This document shows positions 24,390 to 36,513 of a stretch of DNA of 64,000 nucleotides, one piece after another. Source of the stretch: Octopus vulgaris (taxonomy: Eukaryota); the NCBI GenBank assembly GCA_951406725.2, contig OX597817.1, positions 97,030,001-97,094,000 of the forward strand, in the 5' to 3' direction. The position numbers and the translations under genes were made by a program. Positions within the stretch are counted from its first letter, which is position 1. Every line of letters begins with the position of its first letter. Under the pieces are notes generated by a model. The model did not search any database, was not told the DNA's origin, and saw only the letters and a list, made by a program, of their open reading frames with translations.

Positions 24390-26210
24390 CTGAAGTCAAT
24401 TTCAGGCATTATTCTCTTGTTTTTGACCTCACTTATTTGAAATCTCAACTTCTTTTTCTACTGAACCAAATTTCAAATTTTGTAGCTCAAAATGTAGTTT
24501 AGGTGATAACCAATCTAAAAAATGTATAAACATCATCAAATTTGGTAAAAAAACTGAATTAGTAACAAAGTAAGAATATTATCCATGCACTGCCATGTGC
24601 AAATGATCTTTATTACAATATAGTGTATTCTATGAATATGAGCTAGATCTTTGCAAGATGCCTAAATACTGAAATGAATCAAACATTTTGCAGTATTAGT
24701 TTCCAATTTTAGCAGAAGGCCATCAAATCCGGAGGGGAAAGAAGTGGATTACAATGACCTCAGTGCTAGGCTGATATTCATGTTATCAAGTACTGAAAAG
24801 ATAAAAGGCAAAGACGACCTTGGTGGAATGTGAAATCAGAATGTAGGAACAGACAAAATGCTGCAAAGCTTTCACCCTGCCCATTAATGACTCTGCCAAC
24901 TCATCTTAGTACTGTAATAAGTAATAATATTACTTGAAAATTGTTTTACATACTTTTGGCACATTTAGCTTATACAGTAACTTTTTTTTTATTTTGAATA
25001 TTTTTTGAAAAGATTAGCACCATGGCACTAATCTTGATGAATTCTATCATATGAGCTAATCAAAAACAAAATTTTTACACAGAAACAAAACTTATGTTTT
25101 GAATTTGCTTTTAGGCATCACCACTGTCTTTGACACATTTAGTCCCAGTAATTAGTCGAGATCTATTAGAAAAGTTATATTTAGATATAGATTTCTTTTG
25201 AAAAAAGAACAATATTTGGAGTCAAAGTCGATTTCAGGTGTTAATCTCCTTTTTTTTCTTCTACTAAATACTTTTGCATATAACTAACATGGATAGATTC
25301 CTGTTGTCGAGATTTATCATATAAGCTAAAATAAAATATAAATTTTTTTTTTAATTTGGACTCAGTCAATTTCTTCTGTTTGTGACCTCACATATTTGAC
25401 TTAAACTTTTTTCTATTGGACCAATTTTCAAAGTTTTTAGCTCTAAATGTAGCTTATGATGTAACCAATCTAAAAATGTAAACATCATCTAATTTAATTA
25501 AAAACTGAGTTAGTGACAAAGCCTAGAAGTTGTCATAAGTGAGTAAATGTTGACACACACTAGTGTGTGAATATTTTTTGAAAAGATTAGCACCACGACA
25601 CTCATCTTCATGAGTTCTATCATATGAGATAAAAAACAAAATGTTTAGGTTTTGAATTTGGTTTTAGGTGTTACCACTTTTTCAGCACATTTGGCCCCAG
25701 TAGTTTTTTTATTAAAAATTTTGTTTTTATATAATTGGAATCATCGGATTCCTCTATTAGAGATCTATCAGAAAAGATGAATTTAGATATAGTTTTCTTT
25801 TGAAATAAGAATAATATTTGGAGTCAAAGTTGGTTTCAGGCATTTAGCTCCCTTTTCTTTTGCTGGTTTTTACCTCAGTACTTTTTTTCTACTGGATATT
25901 TTTGCATATAACATGGATAATTCTTCTTGCTGAGATCTATCATATAAGCAAAAATAAAATATAGATTTATTTTTAAAAAGATATTTGCACACAAAGTCAA
26001 TTTCAGGCATTAATCTCCCGTTTTCGACCTCAACATACTTTACTGAAACTTTTATTCTACCAAAACAATTTTCAAATTTTGTTGCTGAAAATGTAGCTTA
26101 AGATGTGACCAATCTAAAAATGTAAACATCATCTAATTTGGTTAAAAACTGAGTTAGTGACAAAGTCTAGAAGTGGTCATAAGTGAGTTGACCTTAAAAA
26201 TATTATTCAC
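24390..26210. repeat. Degenerate tandem array, about 3 units of about 640 bp
   Basis: aatctaaaaatgtaaacatcatc...aaaactgagttagtgacaaag recurs at about 24512, 25467 and 26111. Confidence 0.8.
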
Positions 26211-26454
26211 ACATGGTAGTGTGTGAATGACTGACATTATGAATGTTATTCACACACTACTGTGTGAATGATATTTCAAAAATTTAACATAACAAACGGA
26301 AATATTACAAAAATATAACAAATAGAAAATTTGTAGCTTATTCCACATCAGTCAACATCTAAAAGATCATTACAATTTCGCACCTTTAACTTTGATATTG
26401 TTCCATTTTGGTGGTGCCAGTGGCAAAAAGCTATTGAGACTACCTATACATATA

Positions 26455-26835
26455 GACACAGGAGTGGCTGTGGGGTAAGTAGCTTGCTTACAAACAACAT
26501 GGTTCTTGGTTCAGTCCAACTGTGTAGTACCTTAGGCAAGTGTCTTCTACTATAGCATTGGGCTGACCAAAGCCTTGTGAGTGGATTTGGTAGATGGAAA
26601 CTGAAGGAAGTCCATTGCATATATGTGTGTGTGTGTTTTGTGTCTGTTTGTCCCCTCAGCATCACTTGACAACTGACGCTGGTATGTCTATGTCCCTGTA
26701 ACTTAGCGGTTTGGCATAAGAGACTGGTAGAATAAGTACTAGGCTTACAAAGAATACGTTCTGGAGTCAATTGCTTGACTAATGACGGTGCTCTAGCATG
26801 GCCACAGTCAAATGGCTAAAACAAATGAAAGAATA
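26455..26835 (+). mobile_element. tRNA-derived SINE
   Basis: ggagtggctgtggggtaagtagcttgctta...ggttcagtcc...gtgagtggatttggtagatggaaactg; multiple copies in the window. Confidence 0.85.
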
Positions 26836-26857
26836 TAATTATATATATATATATATG

Positions 26858-27060
26858 TGACCGTGTGTGTACCATTGGCAATTTTTTTCCTCCGTCTTCC
26901 CTTCTCTGGATCTTTCCTTTTCATATGTTTCTGACAAAGAGCTCCGCTCGAAATGTTAAACTCTCCTTCTCTCCCTTCCTGAACGTCCAATAATACTATA
27001 TTCGTTCCACGTCCTCGCGTTGTTGTGTTTTCTCTTTGTGTTTTCATGTTTGGATTAACT
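26858..27060 (+). mobile_element. About 200-bp Penelope-type solo terminal repeat with minimal hammerhead
   Basis: Flanked by (TA)n on both sides. gtttCTGACAAagagctccgctcGAAAtGTTaaac at 26927-26961. Confidence 0.6.
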
Positions 27061-27072
27061 ATATATATATAT

Positions 27073-27104
<32 letters not shown>

Positions 27105-27427
27105 GAAATTTTGAAACATAGGAATAATATAAACTTATTGAATAACCGTTTTGATCTAGGAATTATCCTGCATACACTGTGCCACCCATACTTTTACATA
27201 TTTTAAATAATAGCATTCTGGCTATTCCTAAATTTCAAATCTTAATGTTTTGTAACTAAATAAGAAAATTATATACCCTACTAGTTTTATTTAACCTGCA
27301 TGGATTATTAAGAAATTTAATAATATGAATAAATTGAATAAAGTGGAATATTCTTTTAAAATTTTCTAATTTTCTATAACTATTGCATAAATTGATATAT
27401 ATATATATAAGTATATGTATAAATAGT

Positions 27428-28694
27428 GTGGGTTTTTTCAATTGCGTGGACTAAAATCAGAAGGTTATGAGATAAACTGCCTGCATCAACTTTCTATAAA
27501 AGCAGGTAGTAATTTTACCTTGTATTTATTCTGAGTGCAAGTTTTGAAGAGTGAATTTCGATTTTAACAGCTATTTTTTCAAAACTGTAATGGAAGTGAC
27601 AAAGGAACATATTCAGCAGATTTTGTTTTATGAGATCAATAGAGGCAACAATGCAATGGAAAATGTGAGGAATATTAATGCAGTGTATGGGGATCAGACA
27701 ATAAGCTTAAGCCAGTGTCAACGGTGGTTCCAGAAATTCCGAGCCAGGAACTACAGCCTAGAAGACAAGCCTTGTCCTGGAAAATCTGTAGTCCTCAACA
27801 AGGACATCCTGCAAACCCTAGTGGAATAAAATCCCATCGTAACTGTTGAGGAACTAGCAAAGAGGCTTATATTTGGTCATTCAACCATTCATCGACATCT
27901 GCATGCCATTGGAAAAGTCAACAAGTTGGGTCAATAGGTTCCACACAAACTTTCCGAGTCTAATTGTGCACAGAGAGTGAATGTATACTCTTCTTTGCTG
28001 CCACATCTCATGAATGAACCTTTTTTGGAAAGAATAGTGACTGGTGATGAGAAATGAGTTCTCTATAAAAATGTCAAGTGCTGAAGACAGTGGATAGGGA
28101 AAGGAGAAATACCGAAATCCCAGGCTAAAGAAGGTCTTCACCCACATAAGGTGTTGTTATCTGTTTGGTGGGATATAAAAGGTTTTGTCCACTTTGAACT
28201 TTTAAACCCAAACCAAATGAAAACAAAGGAGATCTACTGCAACCAGTTTGAGTGGCTTAAGTTAGTGCTAGAAGAAAAACAACCATCTTTAGTTTCAAGA
28301 TGAAAGATGTTCTTCCATCAGGATAATGCTTAGCTACATACAGTGAGGATGACTTTCTAAAAGATGGAGCAGTTTGAATGGGAAATGATGTCCCACTCAC
28401 CATATTCACCAGACATTGCCCCATCTGATTATCATTTATTCTGCAGTCTTCAAAATCATTTGGATGGGAAATATATGAACTCTGTAGATAAGGTCAGAAC
28501 AGTACTGAAGGAGTATTTTTCATCACAGACAAGTGAATTTTGGAAGAGGGGCCTTGCAAGTCTACCAGATAGATGGAAGAGCTTAATAGAAAATGAAGGA
28601 GAGTATATTTTAGGTTAAAAAAGAACTTTGCTTATCTTAATTTTGAAAAATAAAAGAAGTATAGAAAAGCTGCATTATTTATGGGATGACCAAA
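27428..28694 (+). mobile_element. Near full-length decayed mariner (DD34D)
   Basis: VPHKL, VTGDEK, HQDNA-34 aa-YSPDIAPSDY, and right TIR gcattatttatgggatgaccaa. Confidence 0.92.
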
Positions 28695-29925
28695 TATATC
28701 ATTTGTGCAGGTCATTCCACAAAAGCTGAATGTTTATATGTTGTCTTCGATGAGAGAGTCCATCATATGTGTGTGTGTGTGTGTGCATGCATGTGTGTGT
28801 GTGTGTGCACACGTGTGTGTGTGCACACGTGTGTGTGTGTGTGTGTGTATGCATGAATATAACAAAACAGGAAAGTAGGAACTTTTTGTATTATTTATTT
28901 TCCATTGCATGTGTTTCATTTGCTAATAGGGATTACAAAGAATTATGTGTTATATAGACATGTAAGTGAATTTCCTATTAGAAATCTTCAGACAAAGAAA
29001 AGGTATATAACTGCCATGAAATAATAGGAAGGTTGTCAGAGAAAGTAGTGTTCTATGTGGAAGATGCACAGGACTCGTAAAAATTACAGATCCTCAGGAA
29101 ATTGATTTTCTCAAATGCTCCAGAGCCTCTTTAGAGGTAGTGGATAATTTCTGCTACCTAAAGGACCTAATTAGCTGGTGGGTGGGGTGGATTCATGGAA
29201 AGTGCAATAGCTAGCAGAGAAAATTCAGAGAACTTTTACCTTTGTTAGCAACTAAAGGTCTCTCCATCTGAGAGAAGACTGCTAGAAAAAATCTTTTCTG
29301 ACCTGACAGTCTAATGGCACAATTTAGTCAATGTTGTTGATGTGTTTTAGTTAATACAGTTTTAATTAAGTCTGTCCAGAGTTGCTTTCTTCAATATTTC
29401 CCATTAATAACAACGAAAGAGCTGGAAATATGTCTGGAAATTCGACAGTGGGCAGTAATCTATGCCACACTATGGCAAAGATATCTTTGACCATATGTTT
29501 GCTCTAGGACAGTTTATCTGGAACTAAACAAAAGTGTCAAAAACTGGAATCGCAAAAATAATAAATTAATATAAAAGTATTACTGAAATTTAAGCATTTC
29601 AGTTTGTTAGTCCATCTGAGACAGGAATAAGAAATAGCTAATCTGCAGTAACTTACAATGTCATGTTCTGAATCAAAAGCTACTCAAATCAATTTGTGTC
29701 CAATACCCAAACAATTTGATCCCTTACTTTTAATATATTTATGTACTATAATTTTATTCTAATGTTTGATCATATTTTGTTAACTAAAACTTGAATGCTT
29801 GTTTTACCCCGAAGAATTATTTTTTCCAAAACCCAACTTAAGTCATCCTAACTGTGAAATAAAAAAAAAAGTATATTTTCAAGAGTTAATGGCTAAATCT
29901 GATTGATAAATATATTTATTTTCAG

Positions 29926-30085
29926 GAAAATCATGGCAACTATTACTGAATAGTAAAATGAGCACATCCCAGACCACATTTCAACTGAAGTATAAAATAA
30001 AACCAAGATATAAAATTTGGCATGCTTTTGGAAATATGATTATTATTTATAATTCTGGTGAGTTGATCTGGCACTTCAGAAAGGT
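29926..30085 (+). pseudogene. Exon F (phase 1-2), hemopexin-like repeat
   Basis: ttattttcag|...AAGGT|gtaagt. Fully open: GKSWQLLLNSK...KIWHAFGNMIIIYNSGELIWHFRKV. Confidence 0.7.
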
Positions 30086-30364
30086 GTAAGTTATGTCTTG
30101 GCATCATATTGATTTTTTTAATTCTTTAACTGGTTTCAAATTTTGAACTCTGATTATGCTTGAGCATCATGTTCAAGGACTTTTAATCAATGATATCTAC
30201 CTCAGTACTTAGACTGATATTCATTTTATTGGTCTTTGTTGAATGACTAAGTTTGTTTTAGCATAAAGGGATGTAACAGAACAAGGTATATTTGTCTGAT
30301 GCACCAATTTACACTAGTATAAAGATGCACACATGTATATTCATACAATAACTTCCACTCAGTT

Positions 30365-33300
30365 TATCATCATCATCATAATCATCATTTAACATCCACT
30401 TTCCATGGCAGTTTGACCAGAGCTGACAAGCTGGAGAGCTGCACAAGGTTCTCATCAGATTTGGCTTGATTTCTACGACTGGATGCTCTTCCTAACACCA
30501 ACCACATTACAGTGTCTGCTGGGTGTTTTTAGCATAGCATTGCACAAGTGCTTGTATGTGGTACTGGCACAAGCACTTTTTACATGGCACTGGCACACAA
30601 CACTTGCAGGCCAATCCTCTTCACCAGGGAGAGTGGTCTTAACACTTCTGCTGTAAAGATGGGTCTTCTTGAGTACAGCAAGCCACCAGGTATCTCAGTT
30701 CTTTGTTATCTCATGTGAGAGGTTCAGCATCCAGAGATAATCCTTCAGTGCTTTGTCTCATATCATCTTGGTTTTCCCCGTTCCAGATGTTTCATCCACT
30801 TTGAAAGATCAGCACTTCTTTTTTGAGTTGTCAGCATCCATCTGCATCACATGACCAAACCAGCACAGTCTTCTCTCTTGCATACAGCATCTAATTCCTC
30901 TTATTCCTTCTTTCTCAATAAACAAGCACTCAGATGAACATGTACACTTACATTACATATCCAATGGAGCATACTAGCTTCATTCCTCTCCAGCCTTCGC
31001 ATGTCCTCTGCATTTAGTGTCTATGTCACACTATTATGTAGAATTGCTGTCCATATACATATATCATACAATCTTCCTTTCGCTTGGAGAGAGAAACCTT
31101 TGGTTGCCAACAAACGTAAAAGTTCTATGAATTTTCTCCACCCTAGTCTTATTCTAGCTATTACACTTTCTGTACATCCTCCCCCACTACTTATTTGGCC
31201 CCCTAGGAAGCAGAAATTATCCACTTCCTCTAATAAGCCTCCAGGACATTTGAGAAAATCTGTTTCCCAAGTATCTGTAGTTTTTATGATTCCTATGTGT
31301 CTTCTACATATGATCACTTCTTTCTCTGATGATCTTCCTATTGTTCCACTGTATCTCTTATGTGTCCATAGTTTACCCTGGGTACTCCATATAGAATTCC
31401 TGCCTATGTCTTTCCTACAAATAGAGAAGGGCCACTAACCTGAAGTGGGTAGGGTTCTGTCTGTTTTTTTGCTTACTAAGATTCCAGGTATTACTTCTAC
31501 ACTTAGAATTTATTTTTGAGCTCTAATATAGAATTTGCTACAAGAGTAAGATCATCAGTATATAGGGGTAGTATAACAGGGACTGCCAGTTTGAATTACT
31601 CTCTTATGGCCTGGAAGATAATGATGAACAGGAGGGGATTGAGCCTTGATGAACGCCTACCTGTACACCAAATTCTTTACTGTACTTGTGGTTAACTCTC
31701 ACCTTACTGACAACATCTCTGTACATAGCCTCTACAGCTTTCACAAGCCACTTGTTTACCCCTAGTCTCCTCAGAGCCCACCATATAACACAACAAGGTA
31801 CTCCATTGAAGGCTTTTACTAGATCAACAAATGCCAAGCATAATGATTTATTCTTAGCTAAGTACTTCTGTTGCTTGATAATGAAAATAGCATCAGTAGT
31901 GCTTCTCCCTAAGGCAAAGCTAAACTGAATTTTATCCACTCTAATTCTACTCCTAATTAATTTTTATCACCTGGTTCAGGAGTTTGATGCTTCCATAATT
32001 GCATCAAACTCTCCCTTACTCTTGAAGCAGCTAACAATAATGCTGCTTTGCCACTCACTGGGTATTATACCTTCATGAATGACTGATTAACTATGCAGGT
32101 GACTTGCCTGTATCCTACCTTAACTATTTTGAGCATCTAAGCAGTGATTCCAGATGGACGTGGGGCTTTCCCTGTTTTCATATCTTTAATTGCCTTATCT
32201 ACCATTCTGCTGTCTACTAGGATAGCCAGTCCCTCTGTTGAGTTCAGGGTTTTCTTATCCACATCACTAAGTGCAAGCATATCATGATCCATCTGCATAC
32301 ACTCCTCTCTTACAATATCTCGATTCTCTCTGACACACTGCCTAGCAATCCGGAACACCTCAAGTCTCTGATTTTCATGCTGTAGGACATTGACAAACTT
32401 CTTTTCTGCTTCAGCCCTAGTTAGATAAACCTGGTTGAGCTTCCCTTTTAGCTTTCCGATATGATTCTTTACTACCCTCCACTTTTCCCTTCTTTCCAGA
32501 CCCATCTCTTCTCTTTTATGGCCCTATCAACATCACTGTTCCACCACCATGCCACTCTTGGTCTGTCACCTTCAGTAGATTGTTCTGTAGGAATTTCCAG
32601 TTGTCTTCTACATCATATGTCTCTATTTCTTCCTCCTTCTCATCAAAGGTTTCATTAAGAACATCTCTAAATCTCTGCCTCTTTGAAGGATCTTTGAACT
32701 TCCTTAACCTCTTTTCCATATTGGCTGGTGTCTTTGGATCCTTCTGGCCCTAAGCCTGAAGTCACTAACCACTAGCTTATGTTGAGTTATACATTCTTCA
32801 CATGGAAAAGATTTTGCATTTCTGGTGAGGCTGTAATTAATCTGGCTGGTATGCCAACCAAATTTATTAGTGATCAGATGGTTGGCTGGATTCTTGAAGT
32901 TGGTGTTGCAGACCAGTAAACCACGAGCAACACAAAACTCCAGCAGCCTTGTCCCTTTATCATTTCTAGACCCAAAGCTATAGCCTCCATGCACATCCTG
33001 AAATCCATCAGGATGTTTTCCAACATGTCCATTCAAGTCCCCTGCCATGATGAGAATGGTGTCGTTTTTTGTAATTGAAGTAGTCCTCAGAAGGGATTCA
33101 TAAAAGTGGTCCTTCTGAGTATCTGCAAATCTGGCATGTGGAGCATATGCAGATATAACTGACATTGTTACATCAAAAAAGGCTATACTTAGCTTAATAA
33201 TCCTATTACAACCCCTGGCTACCTCAGTCACTTCATCCATCCATTTCTTTGCTAGTAGAATACCCACACCACTTTAGACCATCTTTGTTGCCTACCCAGA

Positions 33301-33540
33301 AAAATTTCTATTTTCGTCTTTTACTTGCAAGCAGTCTAGCTCTTGGACACAGCATATATCTACATGTCTCTACCCAAGCATTTCAACTATCTCACCAGAC
33401 CTACCTTTCATTGTGCCAATGCTGATTGTAGCAGCTCTGAACTTGTAGAGCTGAGAATGTTGAGGAGTTGTTTTCAGCTTCTCTAAAGGAAAAGATCTTT
33501 AGGGTCACATGCCTGGAATCAGCAGGTCCTTGTGCATAGT
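30365..33540 (-). mobile_element. Older near-full-length RTE LINE
   Basis: APE motifs (SAYAP, GDLNGHVG), fragmented RT motifs and a (CAT)n tail at about 30370. Confidence 0.9.
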
Positions 33541-34353
33541 GTGAAAAATAATGTTATGATTGCAGTTTCAATTTCCTTCAGTCCTTGAAAGCCATCGTGA
33601 GCATGCACATACATTATAATTATGTTCACAGATATATGTGGGTTGGTGGAAGGGAAAAGGGGATTCATTTGATATCACACAACAAAATGTCCCTCAACAA
33701 AGTTTACCAATGGAAGCTCAATAAAGATACATTTGTTATACATAATCCATAATATAGAGGGAAAGAGAGAATTAGATTTGGCAGGAGTTGGAAGTTATTT
33801 GCCTATCAACAGAAAATAGAGAGATTATGACCATTCTACACATAAGGAAAGAGAGGGAAAGATAGAAAATTTAACCGATGGCAATTAGGACTGAAGGAAA
33901 TTTTTTAGCAATTAAATAATCACATAATTAAGGGCTACAATGGCTGAAGAAAAAGAAAAAAAAGGAAAATATAATAAATAATAGAATAAAACAGTTTGCT
34001 TAGCTTATCATTCCAGCACTGATCTTGTGTGGACAGGCCTCTACAAAGCTACAGTAAAAGATACTACATAGCATATTGACATTAAACCCAAAGCTCTGTG
34101 GTTTTAAAGTGAACCTAACCATACATCTATACTTATGACCATTACCAGTATGTAGTAGCTCTGAATGTTGTAGTATTGTTGTAGTATTGTAGTTGGCAAT
34201 ACTACATAGCACATAGCTCTATATAATCTCAAAGGTAGGTAGACAATATACAAGATATATACAACTGGTGCATTGTGAGATGAAAATCTTTGGATTAAAG
34301 GGATATATATATATATTATTTGATGCAGGATTTACAGTACTTTTTATTTACAG

Positions 34354-34469
34354 TAGAAGTGATGATCAAAGTATGCTATTAAATGGTGATGGTCCAAAGT
34401 ATAAGTGAGATACATGGCTACCTTCTGAATGTGGTCCACTCAATGAAGATTGCAATTCCAGATGTTATG
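34354..34469 (+). pseudogene. Exon G (phase 2-1), end of hemopexin-like domain, in-frame TGA at 34406-34408
   Basis: tttatttacag|...TATG|gtattc. Reads RSDDQSMLLNGDGPKYK*DTWLPSECGPLNEDCNSRCY, resembling the PK...W..C end of hemopexin domains. Confidence 0.7.
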
Positions 34470-36035
34470 GTATTCTAAGTCAGGCTTTATAAAGGGTTAA
34501 AATATATTTATCTGCTCTGAATGGAAAACCAAATCCTCTGAAATTAGCTTTAGCAATGTTGATAATTGAGAATTCCCAGGTGAGTTACAGGAGAATAAGA
34601 AATATTTCCATTTTGACATGTTTTAGATTCCTCCTACATGTATGTACACAGTTGCAGTTAGCTATGCACAAACATCCACACAACTTTACTGCATACATAC
34701 ACATAAATATAAATACTCTTATACAAGCATATTTAGATAGTTGAGTGTGTACATAGACGTTCAAATATATATCTGTGTACACACTAAATGTATTTGCATG
34801 CACATATCCATATTGACAGATACACACAACTTCACATGTATACATATACATATATCATCTTAACATCTTAAAAAGGAAGGATGAGTATGAAAAAGTTGTG
34901 ATGAAAAAGACATTTGCACTCATGCTGCTACAGACAATATGTAATTGTAAGGCACAGATATAAATTTATACATATCACTGAATCCATTTATACACAATTT
35001 GTGTACACAAAACTTATCACAGTATTTCTAAATATATTAATCATGCATATAAATATACACATAACATTATATACACATACACTGTTTTCACACATAGATG
35101 CTCACAACTGTATTCACACATGCAATTGCATATATACATCACAGCAACCACACACAAATTCTATTACCAAAATAGTATTGACACTTAATTGAACATTTAT
35201 AAGAGAAAAATGTCCACTTGGATAGGATGCTGATCTATCACAAATAAACTTTTCTTGAAGAATCTAATATTATTCTTCAAATCTAAGGTAACTGGGGTAA
35301 AAAAGTAAGGTAGCTGATTCAAAATTATAAATAAATTACTAGTTACAGATTTGAACACACAACGATGACTTGGTATTTTCCATTATATACAGAAATTCAA
35401 ATTGGTATAAAATTAATATTTTAGAGTACCTAACTCAGAGCATCTAACCTGTTCCATACTTTTCCAGCAATTTTTTTGGTCACTTTTTGAGATGAGATAA
35501 CATCAAGATTCTAGCAATTGCTAGTGGTGGCGGTGGCATTGTTGTTGTTGCTATATAACTAGCAATATATGCACCTCTGCAACACATACACTCTGATCAC
35601 TGCATCCCCACTCATGTCCTCACTCACCAACATTCTAAATCCATTAATGTGTTGTGTCCTTTTGAATCTTCTGTCAATTCTATGACAGTCTTTGCTGAAT
35701 TTGATAATTTGTAACAACCACAGCTACTTGAATCAAATGAAAATATTTAAAACTAATTTCTTTTTCTGCAACTCCGATTCTGAACTAATCCCTTTGCCCA
35801 ATCTTTCCCTTCCAAAATTGTTTTCTGGAACTCCCTTCCTGCCTACATTTTCATTCCAACCATATTTTCCATCCAAACTAGGCATCAGCTTTATTGAACT
35901 TCCCAATCAACTCTCCATGAAATATATTTAGTATAAATTTGTACTAACATTCAAAATGCTGTCAAGTTTCACACTTTTATACCATTCATTCAAGTCAAAT
36001 TTCTCACTTTTATATTGTTCATTCAAATTTTTCAG

Positions 36036-36306
36036 TAGTCCAAGATGAAACACCTTCAACCACACAAATAGAACTGTTATCAAGAATAACTTCCACAAGT
36101 ATATGGAGAAAGGAAAACCTACATTCAAACATATTACTGAAACAACAATACCATACTGGATTTACATTACCTTGGTGTTGCTGATTCTTATTTACATTGT
36201 GATGGGATGTTTATGTTGGATTCACTACAAAAGAAAGATTTATATTAATACTGAAAGCTTCATATGTAATAAAAACTTCCTCAAACATGAAAACATTGAA
36301 ATTTGA
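36036..36306 (+). pseudogene. Exon H (terminal): Ser/Thr stalk, transmembrane helix, short basic tail
   Basis: aatttttcag| then VQDETPSTTQIELLSRITSTS, a frameshift at about 36101, and MEKGK...YWIYITLVLLILIYIVMGCLCWIHYKRK...EI*. ATTAAA occurs downstream. Confidence 0.7.
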
Positions 36307-36513
36307 TTAAAACTCTTTTTTTTTCTTTCAGTGGAGATGGGGTTTAATGTTTAAAGTTTCTTCCCATTTAAATGCAAAAGATTAAAATGGATCTACACAA
36401 TCACTCAAACTGCTACAAATAACAGCCAAATTTCATTCAGATTACACACTTCACTTTTAAGTGCATATTATATGTCTTCAGCAAGATAATTACATTAATT
36501 GCTGTCATGCTAC

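Larger units (their letters stand above)
2362..36306 (+). pseudogene. Decayed multi-exon gene: CUB-like domains + hemopexin-like repeats + stalk + single TM (5' part likely upstream or lost)
   Basis: Eight AG..GT-bounded exons whose phases match at the A-B, B-C, E-F, F-G and G-H junctions. Translations carry CUB and hemopexin motifs, with several frameshifts and stops. Confidence 0.75.

Noticed and set aside
28930-28961. Extra exon of the CUB-hemopexin gene (aatag|...CAT|gtaagt)
   Set aside because: The only frame ending in the required phase 1 contains a stop, and there is no motif support.
34406-34408. Selenocysteine codon
   Set aside because: No SECIS was seen, the context suits Trp, and the gene has other lesions.
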